The notes under the pieces: generated by a model | Seen by the model: only the letters and a program-made list of their open reading frames with translations | Database searches by the model: none | What the model was told of the DNA's origin: nothing | In this document: positions 24,556 through 37,256 of the stretch, in pieces | Layout: each line of letters begins with the position of its first letter | Numbering within the stretch: the stretch's first letter is position 1 | Translations under genes and position numbers: made by a program | NCBI GenBank assembly: GCA_951406725.2 | Contig: OX597815.1 | Location: forward strand, 169,632,001-169,696,000 | Direction of reading: 5' to 3' | Origin: Octopus vulgaris | Lineage: Eukaryota | Length of the DNA stretch: 64,000 bases

Positions 24556-24859
24556 TAAGAATTTTGGGGGTTCACACAGCAAAATAGAAAATTGAGGATC
24601 CACAATAATATTTTAAGGGACCCCGAAAAAATTTTGCTTTAGATGTTTGAATTCGTTTGTATTGCAAGAAATAGCTAGGTTTCTTACTCAGACATTTCGC
24701 ATAATTCAACCGGCTGAAGTTAATGGGTGTAAAACGAAAAATGATTTTGGAGGAAGTTTCTATAAAACTAGTTTTTAAACACCGAATGGCTACGGGGGTT
24801 CACCAGAATAAAATAATAATCAAAGGGATCTATAGATCAAAAATGGTTGAGAGCCTCTG
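24556..24859. mobile_element. Degenerate hAT-like MITE relic
   Basis: Right end aaaatggttgagagcctctg resembles hAT-Charlie termini. Repeated gggg(t/a)(c/t)c subterminal motifs. Left TIR not seen. Confidence 0.35.
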
Positions 24860-25129
24860 GGTTAGATAACGCAGCTACAATAGAAGTTGAGCATGACTAA
24901 GAAAAAACAAAGCAAAACAAAAAATACTAAAAAAACCCTAAAAGAAATTGTCATGAATAAGCGAGAGTGGAATGGTCTGTTCAATCCATTGTGGTATTTT
25001 GTTTTGGGCGATACATTTGAAGTGCGTAATATTGTGTTTCTCGTGGGGGTGGGTTGACAAACTACACGACTGCTCTGGAAAGAGGGCACAAGCTCCAGTT
25101 ACGCCACAGTAGTCATAACTAGAATGCCT

Positions 25130-25412
25130 TTGATAATAGATATGATCAACGGAGGCTGACTCTGGGAGTAAACAACAACAATAATAATAATGATAACAGC
25201 AGTAGCAGCAGCAAAATCTTTCTCCAGTAAATTATACAGCTCGCTTTTGAGACTAGAGTGACAATGGTGAGGCGATATGCGTCCTAGATACGGAGTGACC
25301 GAGATAATGACGGGATGGTTACGGTTGGAAACTCCTTTGATCATAGATCTGTTCAGTCAAGGCTGACCTTGAACTGAAACACCATCACCAACAACACCAA
25401 CAACAACAATAG
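25130..25412 (+). mobile_element. Old SINE-like family 3' ends (SINE-E; related pieces at about 3120-3300, 7070-7170, 16325-16372, 16500-16760)
   Basis: Recurrent motif (ggaatgc)ctttgatcatag..gctgacc(t/c)tgg..aaacaacaac. Confidence 0.5.
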
Positions 25413-25796
25413 CAGGAGCCGAAGCAAAAGCTTATGAAAGGTTTACGTTTTTTACACGTTCACTGAAGCTTAGACAAACAAGCAGTAAACATGAAGAAGG
25501 GGAAGAAGGGAAGTGCAACGAACAATGAACAAACGTTAATTAGTTGCATTCAGTCGTGGTATGCTCTAAAGCGAAATGTGGTGGGTTCGAATTCTTTAAA
25601 ATTACTGGGTTACTATCTAAAAGAATAAATGAATGAATAAATAAATATATAAATAAATAAGAGAAAAATAAATGTACAAAAAAAAAAAAAAAGCAAACAC
25701 CAGATTCATTAATGTTGAATTCGGAAGCAGATGTATTAATGAAATGCCAAGCAATGATGTGAAACTAACAACGGAATTGTACTTATACAGGCACGT

Positions 25797-25810
25797 ATAC
25801 ACACACACAC

Positions 25811-25895
<85 letters not shown>

Positions 25896-26160
25896 GATAC
25901 CTATATGCATACACACACGCACGTAATATGTATGTATGTATGTATGCATGCATATATATATATATATGTGTGTGTGTATATGCATCCATATATATATATC
26001 TATATATATCTATATATGTATATATATGTACATACACACACACACACATATAAATATATGTATGCATATATATATATATGTATATATTTATATGTATATA
26101 TATATATGTATATGTATGTATGTATTTATGTATGTAGGCATGTGGGTATGTATGTATGTA

Positions 26161-26240
<80 letters not shown>

Positions 26241-26617
26241 CGCGCGCGCGTGTGTGTGTAATAGAAATTTCAATCACCCATTCATTGGAAACTTGTCTAA
26301 CACTTGTCTCAACCCTTTCTGAGTCAATATTGGGTGGAATAGAGGAAATTATTGAGAAGCGAAAGAAGTCATATTGGTAGGATATGTGCACAATTGCATT
26401 GCCATTCATTGATATCAGCAATGCCGTCGGAATCGACTCCCTCCTCCTGCTCCTCCTTCTCCTTATCATCATCATCATCATCATCATCGTCGTCGTCGTC
26501 GTGGTGACAACATTCCATGACAGATGTTCATAATTTCATTATCAACTGAGTGAAACGGATATTGATATCAAAAAAAGGCTCTCAGACGAACAGAGAACGC
26601 GAGAAGGAGAAACATAC

Positions 26618-26705
<88 letters not shown>

Positions 26706-26786
26706 ATATATGTGTGTATGTATATATATATATGTGTGTGTGTGTATACATATCTGTGTCCGCATATATATATATATATATGCATA

Positions 26787-26861
<75 letters not shown>

Positions 26862-26889
26862 ACAAATCTGTATACAAACATACACACAC

Positions 26890-26969
<80 letters not shown>

Positions 26970-26988
26970 CTCTCTCTCTCTCTCTCTA

Positions 26989-27032
<44 letters not shown>

Positions 27033-27040
27033 CATATATC
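25797..27040. repeat. Microsatellite field (CA)n/(TA)n/(TG)n/(TCTA)n with short unique spacers
   Basis: Directly visible. Confidence 0.93.
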
Positions 27041-27655
27041 GGAATAGAACCCGAAAAGGGAGAGTGAAAAAAACGGAAAGAGATAGATAGATAGATACAT
27101 AGATAAGGATATACAGTAATATAATATCGGCAGAGGGAAACAGAGCGGCGAATCGGATGGTGGCATCGTATTATATATGACTGACATGTATATCTTTATT
27201 GCTGATAGCAATATGCCACGATGGTAGCATTCTAAGTCTCAAGCTTCAGTCCCAGTTTCTATATCGAATGTTGAAAATGCTTGGTTATTCCTGCTATTTT
27301 ATAACAAGGGATTGCTAAGGAAGAAGAGAAGGAGTCCTGGATCAACGACAGAACGAATCGGAGGAGTAGGAGGAGTAGGAGATTCCCTTCTCCTCCGCCA
27401 TCGATTTCTGCTTCAGCAGACGTCGTACGGAAAGTAACTCATTCAAGCTAGAAAGTCGAACGAAATTTGGCCTAATTTTTCGCACTTTGCTGTTTGATAG
27501 GAAGGACGCATAGCACCAAACAGAACGAACAGCAAAGGGAATGCAGTGTACACAAATAAACAAACACTCAGACGTTCGTACATACGCGTGCTTACTCAGT
27601 CGATATCTTCTTTTCCGCGCAAACATACGCTTACACCCCGACCTTTCCTCAACGC

Positions 27656-27761
<106 letters not shown>

Positions 27762-28119
27762 AATTTTACCCTTACGGGCTATCTTTTACTGGAAAGCAAT
27801 ACTTTCGTATTGCATTACTATATATATATATAGATAGATAGATAGATTGATCCCTACACAACGTCGTTCATTCTGTCTATTTCTCTTTCACCTTCTGTCT
27901 GTCTGTCTATCTGTCTGTCTGTCTGTCACTGTCTCTCTCACTCTTTCTTTCTCTCTCGCTCTCTCTCTCTCTTTCTCTCTCACTCTCATGCATGGCATTG
28001 GCATGTGCCAAAGTAGCCGAAAAGTAAATAGGCACCCGGCATTTGCATGCGTGCAATAAAAGATTTTTAAAAATACGGAAAACCTGCGTGCACAATGCAT
28101 GTATGAAGTTGACTAACTA

Positions 28120-28144
28120 GAGTATATATACATAAACATACATA

Positions 28145-28224
<80 letters not shown>

Positions 28225-29959
28225 TGTATGTATGTATGTATGTATGTATGTGTGTGTGTTTCAGTGTGTGTGTGTGTGTATGTGTGTATGCGTGTACGCG
28301 CCTGCGTACGCACACACATGTATCTTTTTGAAAATATACAAACATCGGCATTCCTGATGAGTGCGGTTGTGCTAATTCAAAGACACTTGCCCAATACACA
28401 TGCCCAAACGTGCTCCGTACAATCGCGGCACAGACGTGCATGCCAATACGTGCATACGCACACTTGCACGTGTGCATACTCACAACCACGTGCACAAACG
28501 TATACACAGGCTCATGCCATGCACCAGTTATACTAAGTCGCACACAGATATACACCCGTATATGGTTACATACATACAAGCTACATATTTGCAAGTATGC
28601 ATACATACATGAATACATACATACGTACATGCATTCATACATATATACATACACGCATGCATACATTCATACATACATACATACATACATACATACATAC
28701 ATACATGTATACCTTCATAAAACATACATATAAACATACATACATACATACATACATTCATACATACATTCATACAGACATACATACATATATACATACA
28801 TATATACATACATGCATACATACATGCATGCATACATACATGCATGCATACATACATACATATATACATACATACATATATACATACATGCATACATACA
28901 TACATACATACATACATGTATGCATACATGCATACATACATACATACATACATACATACATACATACATACATACATGCATACATACATACATGATGTAT
29001 GTATTTGTTAATGTAAATACGTTCGGCAAATGCTTGTATATGTGTGTGTATATACGCACAGGCATAGACATACGCGCGCTTGTACACACATCCACGCGCA
29101 CGCACATACACATACGCACACACATACATATACATGCCCAAGCATATTCATGTACATACATGTCACTAATGTTTATTCATGTAGACATTTATGAACTATC
29201 CACTAACACCGTATTCTCATGTATACCAGTATCTGAATCTAAAGCATACAAATGCATTTACCGATACGTATGTCCATCCATCCATCCATCCATCCATCCA
29301 TCCATCAATCCATCAATCCATCCATCCATCCAATTCATCCGCTCATTCAGCCATGCAATCAGCCAGCCATCAATCATTCAGCCATCAATCATTCAGCCAT
29401 CCATCATTCATTCATTCATTCATTCATTCATTCATTCGTTCAATCATTCGTTCATTCATTCAGTCATTCATCTATGCATTCCTCCGTACACACACATGCA
29501 ACATCCATTTATCCAGTCGTATGCCTACATCCGTACATCCATACATGGATGGATGAATGCATCCATACATACGCGCGCTCATACATACGCGCATACATAC
29601 GCGCATACATACGCGCATACATACGCGCATACATACATACATAATACATACATACATACATACAAATATACACACATATGTACATACACACACATCCATA
29701 CATGCAAACATACACGCACATACATACATGCATACATGCACACATACATACAGACTTGTATATACAATACATACATACATGCATACATACTCACACATAC
29801 ATATATACATACACATACATACATAAATGCATGCATACATACAGGCATGCATGCATACATGTATACATACATGCATGCATGCATACATACATACATACAT
29901 GCATACATACATACTCACACATACATATATACATACACATGCATACATACATACATACA

Positions 29960-29993
<34 letters not shown>

Positions 29994-30120
29994 CAGGCAT
30001 GCATGCAGACATGCATAATACATACATACATACATACATACATACATACATACATACATACATACATACATACATTCATACTTACATACATATATACATG
30101 TATGCATACATGTATATATA
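28120..30120. repeat. Long (TACA)n-dominated tetranucleotide field with (TCCA)n/(TTCA)n blocks
   Basis: Directly visible; source of the spurious 456-aa HTYI ORF. Confidence 0.93.
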
Positions 30121-30389
30121 GACTGGAATGGGCCAAGCTTCTGTATCCTTTATTATATGCAATACTTTTGTGGAGGAATTAGCTATTGTTTCTAGCACGT
30201 CGATAAACTCCTACATAAAAGCTCTTTCTCTCTCTCTTTAGGTGATGATGGTGGTGATGATTGATATAATGTAATAGATGTGATGAGTGGTAGTGTTGGG
30301 TGGATGTGGTGGCGGTGATAGTTATACAGATTGATAGTGGTAATTCTACTTTTAATGGTTGCAGTTGTGGTGCTTGTATTTGCTCAATG

Positions 30390-30848
30390 ATGGTAATAAT
30401 GGTGGTGGTGGTGGTGGTGGTGGTGGTGGTGGTGGTGGTGGTGGTCATGGTGATGATGGTAATGGCAGTGGTGGTAATGGAAGTAGTGGAAATGATGGTG
30501 GTAGTGGTGGGAAGGATAGTGGTGATGATGGAGATGATGGGGTAGCGGTGGTGGTGGTAGTGGTGGTAATGGTGGTGGTAGTAATGGTGGTGGTGGTGGT
30601 AGTCTTGGTAGTAGTAATGATGGTGGTGATGGTGATGGTGGTGGTAATGGTGGTGGTGGTAGTAGTAATGGTGCTGGTGGTAGTGGTAGTAATGGTGGTG
30701 GTGGTAGTGATGGTGGTGGTGGTAGTAATGATGATGGTGATGGTGATGGTGGTGGTGATAGTGATGGTGATAATGGTTGTGGTGGTAGTGGTGGTAATGG
30801 TGGCGGTAGTAATGGTAGTGGTGGTGGTAATAGTGGTAGTGGTGGTGA
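30390..30848. repeat. Degenerate (GGT)n/(GAT)n/(AGT)n trinucleotide array
   Basis: Directly visible. Confidence 0.92.
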
Positions 30849-31726
30849 CATTTGTAGGGTTGTCATTGTCAAGTCATCAACATCGATGCATGAGACCTGT
30901 GGTCAAACTCAATCCATCCGTGACTACCCCATCTATGTTTTTCTCTTTCTCTGTTTTTTTTTTCTTTATAAATATTACATAGGAGTACATTTTCTAATGT
31001 ATTCTTTCCTCATTTTAGACAGCGATTCCAAAATGAGTGATTTCTAGGGGACTCGGGCAGCTATTTCCAGCAGAACGAGCGGCCACTTAGAGGCTTTGCC
31101 CTGCCTGGTTGATTGGCACTGGTGACGGCGCTATCCGTATCAGTAGTCGTAGTAGTGGGAGATAGCTGTGCTGGCGAGGGAGCATGTGCTGGCCGATTAG
31201 TATTAGTAGTAGTAGTCTGGGAATCGGGATGCCATTGATTCCTTTGTGACGTAACTAACACCTTTTTATTCAAGCAAGCATTACTATTCCATTGTGTTGT
31301 AGTTCTGGTGTTGATGGTGTCGGAGGTACTGGTGGTGTACAGGCGGTATGTATTGGTAGTAGTGACCCATTATGAATAGTGGTGGGTCGCTAGGAGAGTG
31401 GGTGGGGGGCGATGATAATAATTGATGCTGGATGCTGGGAGAGACTAGCGGCGTGTGATTGCTATGGAAACACAAAGCAAGCAGTTGCAAAGCTGTGTTT
31501 GTTGGTTGTTAGGGTGGTATGTACACATACACTGTATGCTTATCTTTATACGTATGTATGTATATATATACACACGCACACGCATGCATATGTATATATG
31601 GTGCCAGAATATTATGTATATATGTTCTTCAGGTCGTATTTCTCAGATTTCTCGCCAATGGAGAAAGGTCGGTTTCTGACCCAGAAACAAGGCTCTTTCA
31701 TTGGGATTTAGACAACAACAAATGGG

Positions 31727-31803
<77 letters not shown>

Positions 31804-31848
31804 CCTATCTACGTACGTACCTACCTACCTTCCATCAATCAATCAATC

Positions 31849-31915
<67 letters not shown>

Positions 31916-31964
31916 ATGTATGTATGTAGGTATGCATGCCAGTGTGTGTATATGTATGAAGTGA

Positions 31965-32082
31965 TCGTAGAGCAACTTGAGATAAAGTGTTTTACTCAAG
32001 AACACAACGCAAAACCCAGTCTAGGAATTGAAACTACGATCTCGTGATCGTGAGACCAACACCCTAACCACTAGACCATGTG

Positions 32083-32083
<1 letters not shown>
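31965..32083 (-). mobile_element. SINE-C 5' fragment
   Basis: Minus strand gcacatggtctagtggttagggtgttggtctcacgatc..gcgttgtgttcttgagtaaaacactt. Confidence 0.7.
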
Positions 32084-32119
<36 letters not shown>

Positions 32120-32238
32120 TGACACATTTATGCATATGTGTTTCTATGTCCATAAATATGTAAATGTGTATACGTCTGGCCAAACTTCTGGAATGGTTTG
32201 CATATTTTCACAGTCATATTAATGACTTCGAGTAGTAA

Positions 32239-32406
32239 CATTTTTTACATTATTTACATTATTTACATTCGGCGGATATTTGTCCTCACCTTGTTTGTTG
32301 TTAACACAACGTTTCAGCTGATATACTCTCCAGCTTTCATCAGGTTTCTTGGGGGAAATTTCAAACCTGAGTTCTCATTCCTAAGATATTTTCGATGTTG
32401 TTGTTA

Positions 32407-32479
<73 letters not shown>

Positions 32480-32603
32480 AGTCACTGCCTGGAATCGAAC
32501 TCAGAATCTTGAGGTTAGTAGCCCGCGATCTTAACCACTACGCCATATACCCGTGAACAATAAACAAATGTACATAATTCCTCATCTCTTAAATATAAAA
32601 CTG
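32239..32603 (-). mobile_element. Non-autonomous Penelope-derived element: tRNA-like head + (AAT)n + minimal hammerhead + inverted terminal tail
   Basis: 13-bp TSD cttcgagtagtaa at 32226-32238 and 32604-32616. A/B boxes at 32555-32480 and hammerhead core at 32348-32303. 32569-32603 is the family's 3' terminus in inverted orientation (compare 37257-37288). Confidence 0.85.
32303..32348 (-). ncRNA. Minimal type I hammerhead ribozyme-like motif
   Basis: gaaac-CTGATGA-A-AGCTG-gagagtatat-CAGCT-GAAA-CGTT-gtgtt. Confidence 0.6.
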
Positions 32604-33052
32604 CTTCGAGTAGTAATTTCCTAATTATCCAAATCCACTTATTTTTGTGCAGTCTAACTTCTCAAAACTGGTGAAGCAATTAGTTATGCATTCAATAATT
32701 GCAGGTATAAACCTAAAGCTGTACTTCGGGTGGAGTAACTGCTAATTCTTCATTAGTTCTGTATAAATGTTTTCCCCTTCATTGTACTTTAATAAAATGT
32801 TAACATCTGCTATATACTTTTGTGTATAATTTCTTTCCTCTTGTCTCAGATCATTATATCTGGTATGTAATGCTTATATTTTACTGAGGAATGTACGTAT
32901 GCTTTTACTGTTTTGTATTTATTAACATTTTTTTCTAAAATAACGGAGCTGATTTCTAACAAAGAACCAAAAGTTCTATCAATGGAATTTGGATAAAGAA
33001 AACGACGATAACTGTGACATATCGAACATTAAGAAAGCCTTGCATACTTTTA

Positions 33053-33136
33053 TTGTTCGACTCATAGATTGTTCGACTCATAGTTTGTTCGACTCATAGA
33101 TTGTTCGACTCATAGATTGTTCGACTCATAGATTGT
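33053..33136. repeat. 16-bp tandem repeat x5 (ttgttcgactcataga)
   Basis: Directly visible; one unit has an a>t change. Confidence 0.95.
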
Positions 33137-33298
33137 ATCTGTAAATTTCATGTTGGAGTGTCTCTTTCTTTGCCTCAAAATCCTAGCCGTTTCAAATTAT
33201 CGCTTAGACTTATAACCAAGTATACTAATGATTGTTGGTATAAGTGTAAATTATTCATCAAATTAGAAGAGTAGCAGGTGTCAAAGCAGTTCTCCACA

Positions 33299-33686
33299 TC
33301 ATCATCATCATTGTTCGACCGTGGTCGAGACAATGGAATTTACTATGTTACGCCAGACTTCACGGTCCATCATAGCATTACGGAGGTCCTGTTGCTGGAT
33401 GCCTGTATCCCTGGAGATTACATCAGGGTAGGAGAGTGTGCGCCCTCTGGTATTGCGAGTAGATGGCTTCCAGAGGAGAAGAGTAGAAATTACTTCTTTT
33501 TCAGCTCTACAACAATGTCCAGCAAACTGAACTCTCCTACCTTTCACAAGAGATGACACAGGTGGTAATTTCCCATATATTTGCATTTTGGTTGGATGGC
33601 GCTTCCACGAGAGATTTTGAGCTCTCATAAGGAGGCGAGTGTAGGTTCCATCCAAACGCCTCTCAAGCTTCTTTGATAACGTCCAG
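33299..33686 (-). mobile_element. 5'-truncated RTE-clade LINE (ORF C-terminus, (TGA)n tail)
   Basis: WTLSKKLERRLDGTYTRLL..NLSWKRH..RRVQFAGHCCR..AMMDREVWR. 10-bp TSD gttctccaca at 33289-33298 and 33687-33696. Confidence 0.9.
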
Positions 33687-34523
33687 GTTCTCCACAGGTA
33701 TTCGCCTTTTCAATGATTTTGAAAAGATGTTCAAATCTGTAGGGAAAACTAACTTCTATGACTGTACGTGACTTTTCTCTTCTGTTCCAAATAACTATGT
33801 CAGATCTTATGTTTAGACTTGTTAGAAGTTTTGATGGGAATGTTCCACCAGTATTCCTTGTGCTGATATGCATGTATGCATTCCAGAGCAGAGATGTTAT
33901 TTATATTTATCCCAGGGCAGTCTTTTATGTAAATGGCGTTGGATGTTGTTTTAGCAACAGCATCATGTTACAGTTGGCTGTATTACCTTGACGACATTTC
34001 TTAACCAATAAGAAATCCAACATTACAAGAGACTATTTGTATTTGTTCTTTGCTTTGTTTACTGGAGGTAGATTTATTTGTTTGTTTTTAAAATCAAATC
34101 AACACAACTTCTCTTAACTTCCTATTTTGCAATGCTTATAATTTTATAGAGAAATGTAGCCTTACTTTCAAGTGTTATTGTATTACAAAATGTTACTTTC
34201 AAGTATTTGAATGAGGCTTTGTCGAGTTGTGTCGTTGATCTATGTCTGCTGAGCTTCCGGCATAGGAAGCTTTCGTGTGGACAAGTAATTCAGTATGCAC
34301 TACTACATAGATAGTTATTTTAATTTAAAGCTGCTTCAGTTGAGGCTATTCGTAATACTCGCGAACGTTTTATTCATTTTTTCCTCTAACGGAGGCAACA
34401 AATATCCTCTTGGCATTTTGTTGCCTATGAGTACATACCACCGACAAACCCAACTAGACCGATATGGATCTGATATTCTCGCCAGCCGTGGCTAAGATAA
34501 GTTTTTTTGTCTTCATCTGGTAT

Positions 34524-34580
34524 ATACGAGGTGGTATCAAAAAGTTCCCGGACTAGTCCTGTAGCGCGCCAACAGAAGCG
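34524..34580 (+). mobile_element. Orphan mariner-type terminal fragment
   Basis: ta-cgaggtggtatcaaaaagttcccggact resembles mariner TIRs and the 41144 MITE end. Confidence 0.5.
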
Positions 34581-35004
34581 TGTTTTAGCAGTGATTCGTC
34601 GCAGGTTTTTTATGTGACATGCAATGAAAAACAATTCTCCATGCAGTTTCATATTATGAAAAATGCTTATCTTTAAAGCATTTACATAAATCTACAATGT
34701 GTATAGGTAACACTCCAATAAAAGGATTGTTATAGAAACTAAGATTTCAATTAATCAGTCTAAAAAGCATCATCATCGTCATCGTCGTCGTAGTCGTCAC
34801 ACTAAAATTTCTCTTGCTTAGGGTGTAATTATGTGTGTGGTCGCACGCACGTGTGTGTGAGTATACTTGAAAGTGTGTGTATTTTCAATTACATTTTATT
34901 TTTATTAGGAGTCTTAGTTAACTATTTAATGACTCTATATCAATCCTCTGATATTTGTTCCGTTACTCCACATTAGAATATCGTTGACTCCTTATTAAGA
35001 ATTA

Positions 35005-35160
35005 TTGAACTTATGGCCGAGTGCTAACGGTACGTGGCCGAGAGAGTTCGGCTCATGTGTTCAAATTCTGGATTGGTCAGCGCGTCGTATCCTTGAGTAG
35101 GCCATTTGACTTCACGTTACTCCAGTCTACCCAGCTACAATCAGTATTAACCGGGTGCTG
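35005..35160 (+). mobile_element. SINE-C 5' part, degenerate
   Basis: tggccgagtg A box, gttcaaattc B box, cgtatccttgagtaggcca..ttactccagtctacccagct. Confidence 0.6.
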
Positions 35161-35520
35161 GCGCAGTCCTCTTTTCCTTCAGCTGTCGTATTCTAGATAT
35201 TACACTGGCTTGAGAGTAAGGGCCGAGAAGGTAATTATAACTGCTCATGATCACACGCCCACCTAAAGCAATTTCCAAAGGCATGGTAGGTACTACCAAA
35301 CCATACATGCAGTCGAATATGGACTTTAAAAGTACGGGATCTAGTGTGCCAAGAAGTGGCCAGTTATTATGTGATGCACTCCTTACAACCCCACCCCTAA
35401 GGGTGTAGAAACATTCACTCTCAGGACCCAAAAGTTGACCTGTTCCATCTTACGATATTTCTTGTTGAGGCTCTAATCGCGAGTGACGACTGTGTGTACC
35501 GTATTACATCAGGGTGCTTT

Positions 35521-35756
35521 GATTTCTTTATTGCCCACAAGGGGCTAAACATAGAGGGGACAAACAAACAAGGACAAACAAAGGGATTAAGTCAAATACA
35601 TCGACCCCAATGCGTAACTGGTACTTTATTTATCAACTCCGAAAGGATGAAGGGCAAAATCGACCTCGGCGGAATTTGAACTCAGAACGTAGCGGCAGAC
35701 GAAATACCGCTAAGTATTTCGCCCGACGTGCTAACGTTTCTGCCAGCTCACCGCCT
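35521..35756 (-). mobile_element. SINE-B full length (tail type 1)
   Basis: Colinear with 16074-16310. About 12-bp TSD tcag(g/a)gtgcttt. Confidence 0.9.
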
Positions 35757-36619
35757 TCAGAGTGCTTTAGCAACATATATATAACTGGTTCTGAATTTAA
35801 TAAATTATCAAAAAATAGCAGTATACATTTATACATATATACGCTACCAGCGCCGAATTACGAAACACCTTGTAATATAATGACATATGCTCGGTTTGCA
35901 CATTGCTATTGTCCAAAGGAATATAGTAGCTCATATTCACGTCGGTAATCAACTTTGATTTTCATCTTTCCAGTGCTGATCTTTTTGTGGTGTTGGTGGA
36001 AGAATTGCATTTTTTAAACGATACCAGTCATGATTTGGGAATCAATTCAACTAATTATACCTGACCCATTAAAAATCTTCATCTTTGCAAGTTACTGCGG
36101 TATTCGTCCGAGATCATATTTCATATGGTCGTGCTGTCTTTAAAAGCAATGTATGTCAGAGGAAGACAAAGAATAAAGAATACCAGTATGCTCATCTAAA
36201 GCAGCATTAAATTAAAATAACCATCTATGTAGTCATGGAGACTGAATTATTTGTCCACACGAAAGCTTCCTAAGCCGTTAGACATCCTGGATTGAGGAAT
36301 CCTGAAGGAAACATGACGGAAGCTCAGCAGACGTTGGTCAACAAAACAACTCGACGGAGCCTCATTCAAACACTTGAAAGTAACATTTTGTAATACAATG
36401 ACACTTGAAAGTAAGGCAACACTTCTCTATAAAATTATAGCATTGCAAAATAGGAAGTTAAGAGAAGCTGTTTTGATTTAATTTTAAAAACAAATAAATC
36501 TACCTTCAGTAAACAAAGGAAGGAACCAAATACAAATAGTCTCTCGTAATATTCGATATCTTATTGGTTAAGAAAAACATGACGTCAAATAGTATAATAC
36601 AGGAATAATGCGTGACATG

Positions 36620-36809
36620 TGTGTACGTTGGCGGTTTTTTTCCCTCTGTCTTCCCTTCTCTGGATCTTTCCTTCTCCTATGTTTCCGACGAAGAGCTCCG
36701 CTCGAAACGTTAAACCCTCCTTCTTTTCTTCTTTCCTGAGCGTCCAATTATACTATATTTGTTCCATGTCCCCGCGTTGTTGTGTTTTTTTGTGCTTTCT
36801 TGTTTGGAT

Positions 36810-36812
<3 letters not shown>
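36620..36812 (+). mobile_element. Penelope-like pLTR fragment with hammerhead-like motif
   Basis: gttt-CCGACGA-A-GAGC-tcc-GCTC-GAAA-CGTT-aaac at 36681-36715. T-rich tail runs into (TA)n. Confidence 0.6.
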
Positions 36813-36872
<60 letters not shown>

Positions 36873-36924
36873 CAACTTTTCCACACAAATATATATATAT
36901 ATATATACGTGTATATTCTTTCTA

Positions 36925-37134
36925 TTTTTGGTACAATGCCAGCAAATATTTTTGTGGGGATTTAGTCGGTTACATCTAACCTCAGTGTTCAACTGGCACT
37001 TATTTTTTATCGACCCTGAAAGAATGAAAGGCAAGTCGACGTCTGTGGAATTTGAAACCGGAACGTAAAGAGCCGGAAGAAATACTGCTAAGCATTTTGT
37101 TTCGGAGTGTTAACGATTCTGTCAGCCTGCCGCC
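36925..37134 (-). mobile_element. SINE-B degenerate (tail type 2)
   Basis: tatcgaccctgaaagaatgaaaggcaagtcgac..aacgattctgtcagcctgccgcc. Confidence 0.8.
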
Positions 37135-37256
37135 ATAATGGGTGGTATACATATAAAGCAAGAACATTGACCCATAGACGTACGTTTTAATGATTTATGA
37201 GTGGCGGGCAAGTGAAACAAGTAGATACGATATGAACAGTTTGGACAAAATGTAAA

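Larger units (their letters stand above)
32170..32785 (-). mobile_element. Degenerate 3' end of R4/NeSL-type (RLE) non-LTR retrotransposon, split by the 32239-32603 insertion; its 3' UTR is probably at about 31640-31720
   Basis: Minus-strand pieces NIYTELMKN*QLLHPKYSFRFIPAII and IIRKLLLEVINMTVKICKPFQKF are homologous to the 32935-33996 and 52435-52700 fragments. Confidence 0.6.
32935..33996 (-). mobile_element. 3' fragment of R4/Dong/NeSL-type RLE non-LTR retrotransposon (pseudogenised), interrupted by an RTE insertion
   Basis: Minus strand: HDAVAK (RHD motif remnant), EYWWNIPIKT, SDIVIWNRREKSRTVIEVSFP (PD..ExS restriction-like endonuclease), IPTIISILGY, NLQIQS..IKVCKAFL. Confidence 0.75.
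33997..36575. mobile_element. Long inverted-repeat (foldback-like) element, arms about 400 bp, with nested insertions
   Basis: 33997-~34392 is the reverse complement of ~36155-36575 with scattered mismatches and a ~40-bp indel. Confidence 0.7.

Noticed and set aside
28812-30182. 456-aa ORF and the many [16 protein letters not shown] ORFs across the window
   Set aside because: Translations of stop-free di- and tetranucleotide microsatellites; no coding signal.
30359-30982. Gly/Val- or Pro/His-rich ORFs
   Set aside because: Degenerate (GGT)n repeat open in several frames on both strands, with no splice context or domain.
32480-32555. tRNA-like sequences here and at SINE heads as real tRNA genes
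   Set aside because: Acceptor stems do not pair well, copies are mutated, and each is fused to a repeat body.
33053-33136. Regular short direct repeats (also 22669-22734, 43913-43983) as CRISPR-like arrays
   Set aside because: No unique spacers, eukaryotic context, no cas genes.
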